Part shown: positions 30,031 to 35,037 of the stretch, piece after piece
How the letters are laid out: the number at the start of each line of letters is the position of its first letter
How positions within the stretch are numbered: position 1 is the stretch's first letter
Source: a virus
IMG/VR virus record: IMGVR_UViG_3300022832_000002
Location: 1 to 35,037 of that record
Reading direction: 5' to 3' (one strand)
DNA: 35,037 nt
Translations under genes and position numbers: made by a program
The notes under the pieces: generated by a model
What the model saw: only the letters and a program-made list of their open reading frames with translations
The model's database searches: none
Told to the model about the DNA's origin: nothing

Positions 30031-30302
30031 AGCATTCCAAGCGCTTGGCGATACAATTCTTCGATTGCATCTTCTTCGGCCAAAACATCGGCACGCTTTT
30101 TGCGCAGAGCCACGATTTTGCGGATGGTTTTGACGCAGTATCCGCTGCCCTTGGCTTCGACGTAAATGTCCGCGCGGGCTTCGGTTTCGTCAGAAATCCG
30201 CGCGTTCAGGTGTTCGATGCGTTCAACGATTGCGCGCAATTCATCGGCGGTAACGTTCTGTATGGTGTTTGTCATGTCATGCTCTCTTTGGTTAAGTTTC
30301 AT
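30027..30302 (-). CDS. GapR-like DUF2312 DNA-binding protein
   Basis: LRAIVERIEHLNARISDETEARADIYVEAKGSGYCVKTIRKIVALRKKRADVLAEEDAIEELYRQALG aligns by eye with Caulobacter GapR (YAEAKGNGFDVK...RK...EEDAIL.LY). An alternative start lies at 30275. Confidence 0.8.
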   Translation of the reverse strand: MKLNQREHDMTNTIQNVTADELRAIVERIEHLNARISDETEARADIYVEAKGSGYCVKTIRKIVALRKKRADVLAEEDAIEELYRQALGML

Positions 30303-30562
30303 TTGTAGGTTTTCTTCGGTGGTGTCTTTGGAAGCGCAGCAATGGCTTCGCGGCCTGCTGCGGTGACGCGGTAGTAAGGCGCTGTTTTTGGTAAAGCAAA
30401 AGGCGTGTTATTTTCAACTGCAACACGTTCAATCCAGCCAGCACGCGCGCAACCAGACATGGTTCTGCTTTGGGCGCGAATGTCTTTGGCTTGAAACGGG
30501 CCATCGATGGTGTGCATGGCAAGCAATGCATACCAGCGAGAATGTGTAAGTGTCGGTTTCAT
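30299..30562 (-). CDS. Hypothetical protein (87 aa), possibly winged-helix
   Basis: ATGA overlap with the ninB stop. Confidence 0.5.
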   Translation of the reverse strand: MKPTLTHSRWYALLAMHTIDGPFQAKDIRAQSRTMSGCARAGWIERVAVENNTPFALPKTAPYYRVTAAGREAIAALPKTPPKKTYK

Positions 30563-30945
30563 GCGTTTTCCCTTTCCGACCATTCGACGTCATGCCTTGA
30601 TCCGTATTCGTAAATGACTTCAATCAGGTCGCTCATTTGTTTTTTGTTTAGCTTTGATGTCCGAAAGCCCAGTGGAAATGGTCCGCTGCCGTCAAGGCCT
30701 TCTGCGAATTGGACCTGATGACCAAGGCTATGCATGAATGCGCATTTCCAAGTTTCTGGCGTCCATTTGCGGCTTTCGGGCTTTGCCAAAGCAATGTCTG
30801 TCAGCATCGCCCACATCTTTGCGTTTTGGTCTGGCGTTCTATCCCCGCCAACGATGCTGACCGTCGAGTAATCGGGCGCAGCGTCAATAAGCTGGTGGGC
30901 ATACATGCGCTGCCGTGGACCAGTCAGTCGGACCTTGTAGGGCAT
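30559..30945 (-). CDS. ninB: NinB/Orf family recombination mediator
   Basis: DQNAKMWAMLTDIA...WTPETWKCAFMHSLG...FRTSKLNKKQMSDLIEVIYEYGSRHDVEWS parallels lambda NinB (DQNRKLWACLGDVS...WKCVF...STSRM...GVKWS). Confidence 0.8.
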   Translation of the reverse strand: MPYKVRLTGPRQRMYAHQLIDAAPDYSTVSIVGGDRTPDQNAKMWAMLTDIALAKPESRKWTPETWKCAFMHSLGHQVQFAEGLDGSGPFPLGFRTSKLNKKQMSDLIEVIYEYGSRHDVEWSERENA

Positions 30946-31118
30946 CACCCAGCCCCCTGCGATGTCCAATGGTCCAGCATGACCCGGATCACATCTTTGC
31001 GATCCATATTCAACGCTTTGACGGTTTGGTTCAGAGTTTCCCATGTGTCTGTTTTATCAATGCCACCTGCGGCTTGTTCGATGCGCTCAAAGGTGTCGAT
31101 GATGTCATTGCGGTGCAT
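30945..31118 (-). CDS. Hypothetical protein (57 aa)
   Basis: AAGGAGG SD lies within the upstream gene end. TGATG coupling. Confidence 0.5.
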   Translation of the reverse strand: MHRNDIIDTFERIEQAAGGIDKTDTWETLNQTVKALNMDRKDVIRVMLDHWTSQGAG

Positions 31119-31813
31119 CAATACGCCTCCTTTTCCTGCCAACGTTTTACGCCTGCGATGTCAGTGTCTTTGTGGTTCTTCGCAACATATGCCTCGATGA
31201 ATGCAGTGATTGCATCGCGGTCATTGCCTGCGATCCAATGCAGGGCGGCGCGGTGGTCTTCAATATCGTATCGGTGGACAGTGCGCATCCCCAATACCCT
31301 GTCTTTCTGCTTGGCACTGGCATCTGCAAGCGCCTGCTGCGCCTGTGCGGCCTTCTGGGCGGCATCGCGCTGTGCGTCTATATCTGACGCTGATGCAGCC
31401 TTGGCGGCGTCCTCGGCCTCTTGGCGGGCCTTGTTGGCGGCATCCCATGCTGCCCGCTTCTCTGCCTCCTTCTCAGCGGCCAGCTTGCGCTTGTATGGGT
31501 CTTGGCAGGCGATCAGGCCTTTGACGATTCGATCCAGATCATCCTGCGTCGGTTTCCATCGCGCAATTTCTGTTTTCCAAGCCTCGTGCAACGGCTTGGT
31601 GCTTTCATCGCGGGCAGCGTTTAAATCCTTGAGCGCGCTCTTGATGGTTTTAAGCAAGGCGTCGGTTGCCTTGAGTTGGTCGGCATTTTCGATTGGCTGT
31701 CCGTCCAGCCAGTTTTGCGCCTCGTCAATGGCTTCGCCGTATGGGGCCAGTGCCTCGTCGATGGGGTCTGGCGGGTTATTACCGCCAACGGAAAGACGTG
31801 GATCGTTTGTCAT
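31118..31813 (-). CDS. Hypothetical coiled-coil protein (231 aa)
   Basis: AAGGGA SD upstream of ATG at 31813. It has an Ala/Lys/Glu-rich central helix and lies between erf and ninB. Confidence 0.6.
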   Translation of the reverse strand: MTNDPRLSVGGNNPPDPIDEALAPYGEAIDEAQNWLDGQPIENADQLKATDALLKTIKSALKDLNAARDESTKPLHEAWKTEIARWKPTQDDLDRIVKGLIACQDPYKRKLAAEKEAEKRAAWDAANKARQEAEDAAKAASASDIDAQRDAAQKAAQAQQALADASAKQKDRVLGMRTVHRYDIEDHRAALHWIAGNDRDAITAFIEAYVAKNHKDTDIAGVKRWQEKEAY

Positions 31814-31832
31814 GTTTTTGTCCCTTCTTTTC

Positions 31833-32444
31833 TCAATACGGTAATTCGTCGCCGCACAGATCGGCATTGGCTGCGTGTGTCAGCCTCAGCTTGGCAGCAT
31901 CCTTGGCTGCGCTAACGACTAGCAAGGCTGCTACAGGCTTTGGGATGCGCGACCAGCGTTCCTTGAGGTCGTCAAGGCTGTCTGCCTCGGCCAGATACTC
32001 TCGAGCCTTCTGTGAGGCCTCTGTGTCGATGGGTGCGGGCTTTGGTTCCGCTTTAGGTGGGGCCTTGGATGCGGCATTTCCATCATCATCTTCCGCAGCT
32101 ATGCCTGTGACGCTCTCAAGCCCAATGCGCTTGGCATAGGTCGTGGCAGACTTCATGCCCTGCATATTTTGCTTGTCCACAATCATTGGAACGTCGCAAT
32201 GAATGTGCGTGTCTGTCGCCCCGTGTGAAAGCGTGGTGCGCATCGCTGTTCCGTGTTCGTCGCGTATCACACTGTGATACATCGCAATGCCTTGCTCTGT
32301 GAGCGCGGGAACAGCGACCGAGACGACATCGGCCAGATCGGCATATTTGCTTTTGAAGGCAGGGTTTACCGATCCCTTGGTGACTTTGCCCATGTTTGCC
32401 TGTGCGGCACAGAGAGCCATGTAAATGTTTTTATGCTCAGTCAT
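31833..32444 (-). CDS. erf: ERF family single-strand annealing protein
   Basis: N-terminal NIYMALCAAQANMGKVTKGSVNPAFKSKYADLADVVSVAVPALTEQGI matches the ERF N-terminal pattern (Kd..n..f.skYa.L.dv...v.p.L...gi). Confidence 0.75.
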   Translation of the reverse strand: MTEHKNIYMALCAAQANMGKVTKGSVNPAFKSKYADLADVVSVAVPALTEQGIAMYHSVIRDEHGTAMRTTLSHGATDTHIHCDVPMIVDKQNMQGMKSATTYAKRIGLESVTGIAAEDDDGNAASKAPPKAEPKPAPIDTEASQKAREYLAEADSLDDLKERWSRIPKPVAALLVVSAAKDAAKLRLTHAANADLCGDELPY

Positions 32445-32445
32445 G

Positions 32446-32544
32446 TTACCAGCCCATCCCATGCCCGAAGATCAGGAAAGCGTAGCCGCCCCCGAAGATT
32501 GCGATGGCACCAATCAGATCAGTAAGAAGGTCTTTCATTTTCAT
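32446..32544 (-). CDS. Very small membrane peptide (32 aa)
   Basis: GGAG SD lies 8 nt upstream. The sequence is MKMKDLLTDLIGAIAIFGGGYAFLIFGHGMGW. Its stop lies 1 nt before the erf ATG. Not in the ORF track. Confidence 0.4.
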   Translation of the reverse strand: MKMKDLLTDLIGAIAIFGGGYAFLIFGHGMGW

Positions 32545-32555
32545 TGTCGTTGCTC

Positions 32556-32786
32556 CTATGCAAATTCTGTTTCGTCGGCCAAGTCGATGATGGCCTGCTG
32601 CAAGTGTGCGGGCAAATCGGTCAGCTGGACGTCAATGCCCAATATAGTCAGCGCCGCGACCTCAATGCTGGCGGGATCGACTTCATCCCAGACAGGCGAA
32701 CCCGGCACGCCGTAGTCGCTGCGTTCTGTTTCAGCGTGGAATTCTACTTGGATCTCTTCGCCGTTGTATGTTGATGTGACTGTCAT
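32556..32786 (-). CDS. Small strongly acidic protein (76 aa)
   Basis: ORF-track ORF rich in D/E with almost no K/R. Confidence 0.6.
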   Translation of the reverse strand: MTVTSTYNGEEIQVEFHAETERSDYGVPGSPVWDEVDPASIEVAALTILGIDVQLTDLPAHLQQAIIDLADETEFA

Positions 32787-32798
32787 GTTTTGCTCCGA

Positions 32799-33200
32799 TC
32801 AATAAAGGACAAAGCGCAACTGTGCGCCGTCCAGTTCGCAATCAGCAAGCGCGACCGATGCTGGAATTTTATCTTCATCAATAAAAGATGGCGTTCCCAT
32901 TTTGACGCTAGCAGCGATACAAAGACCTGCCGAATCTTGGCGCTTGCGCGTGCTGCGCGATGTCAGCTTGAAACCGTCTGGGTGACGGCACAAAACAAAA
33001 ATGCCTGTTTCACTGTCACGGCCCAGAATAACCCGATCACCAACAACCCAGCGCATTGCTTTCATTGCGTCTGCCTGTATGCCAATCGAAAGTTGTGCTG
33101 GCCGACCTTCGCCCGCTCTTGATGATGCAAGATATACGCCAGATTTATTGCTAGCTGATGCGCCACCTTTGCGCTTTGGCGTTGCCCATTGAATTGTCAT
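32799..33200 (-). CDS. Hypothetical protein (133 aa)
   Basis: GGGAGA SD upstream of ATG at 33200. Confidence 0.55.
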   Translation of the reverse strand: MTIQWATPKRKGGASASNKSGVYLASSRAGEGRPAQLSIGIQADAMKAMRWVVGDRVILGRDSETGIFVLCRHPDGFKLTSRSTRKRQDSAGLCIAASVKMGTPSFIDEDKIPASVALADCELDGAQLRFVLY

Positions 33201-33240
33201 GTTTTTCTCCCGTGGTGGTGGGGGCCGAAGCCCCCCTTGG

Positions 33241-33441
33241 TTATGCTGTGCGCTGCAATTTGGCGGCTTCATCCCGGCTAACGACCGCGCCGTCAATGTA
33301 GCACTTGACGCGAGTGTGAATCTTGGGGCCGCGCCAAACCCGCTCCGCCTTAACCATTAGGTTGCCATTTTTAACAACGTATTCTGTGCTTCCTACGTTG
33401 GCCCGCGCATGTTGAATCATTGCGTCAAGGTTCATTGTCAT
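33241..33441 (-). CDS. Hypothetical protein (66 aa), first gene of the leftward operon
   Basis: AGGAGA SD lies 7 nt upstream of ATG at 33441. Confidence 0.55.
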   Translation of the reverse strand: MTMNLDAMIQHARANVGSTEYVVKNGNLMVKAERVWRGPKIHTRVKCYIDGAVVSRDEAAKLQRTA

Positions 33442-33566
33442 GTGCTTGTCTCCTGTTTGCGTTCCGTCTAACAACTGTCTAACTTTCTTGCGGCGTTCTT
33501 GCAAGCACATATTGCGCATTGCCTGAAATAATTTTATGCTGACCAAACATAACACAGGAGAACGAC
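33442..33566. promoter_or_regulatory. Divergent early control region (promoters/operators not resolved)
   Basis: This is the only divergent intergenic region. It contains the palindrome CTTGCAAG (33498..33505), the direct repeat GTCTAAC x2 spaced 11 bp (about 33467..33484), repeated TTGCG/TTGCA/TTGCC pentamers, and a possible TTGCGC-N17-TATGCT promoter reading rightward. Confidence 0.45.
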
Positions 33567-33851
33567 ATGGAACCGACACCGATCTTCACCGCTAACCTGC
33601 GGGCATATTCAGATGCATGGAAAACCAAAGGCGTTAGCCTGGGCCAGCAGGCTGCTAGGTGCAACATGGGCAAGCCTGCTTATTCGCAGCTGCGATCTGG
33701 TAATGTGCAGGCACCAAGCATTTGGACGGCTGTGCGGCTGGCCGAGGGGCTGGGCATCACGGTTGACGATCTGGTGACCGACAGGCCGTCAGTGCGCGAG
33801 GCAACTTGTCGCCGCATATTTGAAGGCAAGCATCGCGGGGTTCCGCAGTGA
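33567..33851 (+). CDS. XRE/Cro-like HTH transcriptional regulator
   Basis: AGGAGA SD upstream. LGQQAARCNMGKPAYSQLRSGNVQAPSIWTAVRLAEGLGITVDDL is a typical XRE HTH. It is the first gene of the rightward unit. Confidence 0.7.
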   Translation: MEPTPIFTANLRAYSDAWKTKGVSLGQQAARCNMGKPAYSQLRSGNVQAPSIWTAVRLAEGLGITVDDLVTDRPSVREATCRRIFEGKHRGVPQ

Positions 33852-34195
33852 GGCGCAATCTCGAAGGGCCGATCCACCAAGCCATCCTTGCCTACCTACG
33901 CCTGCAATATCCAAAAGCCGTGGTGCATCACTCTGCCAACCAGACGGACGTCAGGGGGCAGGCCATCGCCCGCGCCATTGCTAAGCAGAAATTCATGGGC
34001 ATGGTCGTCGGCTTTCCCGATCTGATGATGCTGAATCAGGGCCACTTCTACGGCTTCGAGATCAAAGCCGAGGGCGGATATGCCAGCCCTGCCCAGCGGG
34101 CCGTGGGTGCGGCTATAATCGCCGCGGGTGGCTATTGGGCCGTGGTGCGATCCATTGATGATGTCAAAGAGAAGCTGGGAGAGTGGGATGCGTGA
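33848..34195 (+). CDS. VRR-NUC domain nuclease
   Basis: GFPDLMMLNQGHFYGFEIKAEGGYASPAQ matches the PD-(D/E)xK VRR-NUC core (G.PD...E.K......Q). GTG start in a GTGA overlap. Confidence 0.75.
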   Translation: MRRNLEGPIHQAILAYLRLQYPKAVVHHSANQTDVRGQAIARAIAKQKFMGMVVGFPDLMMLNQGHFYGFEIKAEGGYASPAQRAVGAAIIAAGGYWAVVRSIDDVKEKLGEWDA

Positions 34196-34418
34196 CCAGA
34201 TCATAGCCCTGCTGTCGATCGTGCCGGGTGGCAGTGCTGAAACCATTGCAGACGATCTATCTGCCCTGGGCGGTGCGCCAGTTGCACAGGATATTGTACA
34301 ACGAACCCTGATCGAGATGGACGACGCTGGCGATGTGCTGATGCGTGGTGGGTGGTATAGATTGAGCCAAGCGGCAAAAAAACGGCGGGGAGACAGCAAT
34401 GCCTCAACCCGCCAGTAA
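34188..34418 (+). CDS. Small winged-helix-like protein (76 aa)
   Basis: ATG at 34188 overlaps the VRR-NUC stop, with GGGAGAG upstream. Confidence 0.5.
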   Translation: MRDQIIALLSIVPGGSAETIADDLSALGGAPVAQDIVQRTLIEMDDAGDVLMRGGWYRLSQAAKKRRGDSNASTRQ

Positions 34419-34637
34419 GCCGCGTGGGAGGTGCAGGAGGACACCACGGCTGCGCCCATGACCAGCGCACGGGGATCATAGCAGGTGCTGGGGAAAGGAA
34501 AAACCCCGACCAATCTATGGCCGAGGCTTGATCTTTGAGGCTGGCGGGCCTACAGTGCGAGTAGCAACAAACGCAGGTTATTGATAGCACGGGCTGGCCC
34601 CCTTGCGCAATACCTGCCCCAACATAAGGGGAACCCC

Positions 34638-35037
34638 TTGAGCATTAAAATAATGTCAAAGGTCTGGGAGGCCGGACCTGAAAAGCAGGCCGAAAGGTTT
34701 GTGCTTCTGGCTATTGCAGACTACGCCAATAACGAAGGTGAATGCTGGCCCAGCATCGCTGGGATTTGCCGCAAGACGTGCATGTCGGAGCGTGGCGTTC
34801 AGACCATTATTAGGCGCCTCGAGGACCAAGGCTGGCTTCACATAGAGACCGGAAATGGGCGCAGGAATTGCAACCTCTACACCGTAAAAACCCCGCAGGA
34901 TATGCACCCCGCAGGAGATGCACCCCCGCAGATGGATGCAGAAACCCCGCATATGGATACGCAAACCCCGCATATGGATGTCATAAACCCCGCAGGAGAT
35001 GCACCCGAACCATCATTAACCATAAAGAACCATAAAA
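34638..35037 (+). CDS. Replication initiator, N-terminal HTH part. The ORF is open at the window end and continues at 114..571.
   Basis: AAGGGG SD lies 6 nt before TTG at 34638, with an alternative ATG at 34653. KVWEAGPEKQAERFVLLAIADYANNEGECWPSIAGICRKTCMSERGVQTIIRRLEDQGWL is the HTH_36-like initiator N-terminus. Confidence 0.75.
   Translation, partial: MSIKIMSKVWEAGPEKQAERFVLLAIADYANNEGECWPSIAGICRKTCMSERGVQTIIRRLEDQGWLHIETGNGRRNCNLYTVKTPQDMHPAGDAPPQMDAETPHMDTQTPHMDVINPAGDAPEPSLTIKNHK
34891..35003. repeat. Iteron-like array, six imperfect direct repeats with a CCCCGCA core
   Basis: Cores start at 34891, 34907, 34924, 34945, 34966 and 34988. Examples are CCCCGCAGGAGATGCA (twice), CCCCGCATATGGAT (twice), CCCCGCAGGATATGCA and CCCCGCAGATGGATGCA. 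Confidence 0.7.
34925..35037. repeat. Terminal redundancy copy 2, identical to 1..113
   Basis: Exact match by eye to the window start. Confidence 0.9.

Noticed and set aside
30915-31844. A 309-aa plus-strand ORF inside the leftward operon
   Set aside because: It is antisense to ninB, the 57-aa gene and the 231-aa coiled-coil gene. It is Ala/Ser/Cys-rich low-complexity sequence (ASASACCACAAFWAASRCAS). It mirrors the Ala/Lys/Glu-rich helix of the real gene and has no SD.
34419-34637. A possible tRNA or other structured RNA gene in the long intergenic gap
   Set aside because: No GTTCRANYC T-loop, no acceptor-stem complementarity and no convincing long stems were found by eye. It is retained only as an unexplained non-coding region.
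1-35037. Prophage or genomic-island interpretation (integrase, att sites, flanking host genes) and T7-like classification
   Set aside because: No integrase or recombinase, CI-type repressor, flanking bacterial genes or att-like repeats are present. The end repeat closes a complete phage gene set. No RNA polymerase, DNA polymerase, primase or helicase was found, so it is not T7-like despite the podovirus-like structural genes.

Overview
The window is a complete, closed dsDNA phage genome. Bases 1..113 repeat exactly at 34925..35037, so the unique length is about 34.9 kb. It is moderately GC-rich and looks alphaproteobacterial. About 60 tightly packed genes use frequent ATGA/TGATG start-stop coupling. 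No integrase, att site, tRNA, CRISPR array, reverse transcriptase or DNA polymerase was recognised.

Layout:
- A divergent control region lies at 33442..33566.
- A leftward early operon (33441 down to 29522) encodes a recombination and DNA-architecture set: ERF annealing protein, NinB/Orf, a GapR-like DUF2312 protein and a Ref-like HNH nuclease.
- A rightward transcription unit of about 31 kb starts at 33567 and crosses the circular junction. It runs, in order:
  - XRE-type HTH, VRR-NUC nuclease and an HTH replication initiator with an internal iteron origin.
  - SSB, small early genes, an HD hydrolase and a 573-aa multidomain protein.
  - TerS and TerL, then adaptor, fibre and receptor-binding genes, then ejection/internal virion proteins.
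  - Portal, scaffold and major capsid, then the lysis cassette (holin, M15 endolysin, overlapping spanins).
  - A metallophosphoesterase and a dNMP kinase.
- It is podovirus-like: no tape measure, tube or sheath gene was recognised.

Most notable observation: the terminase large subunit gene carries a 339-codon intein at the nuclease active-site motif. The HNH homing-endonuclease gene of this intein is not in the intein frame. It is a separate 233-aa ORF with its own Shine-Dalgarno (SD) sequence and start, overprinted in another frame on a stop-free filler linker. It sits exactly at the position where split inteins are split.

Other points of interest:
- A lambda-O-like origin lies inside the initiator gene.
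- A seven-blade SBBP propeller tail protein is built from near-identical 156-bp repeats, with substitutions focused on a few codons.
- The endolysin has a C-terminal membrane anchor.

All homology statements are motif recognition by eye; no searches were run.
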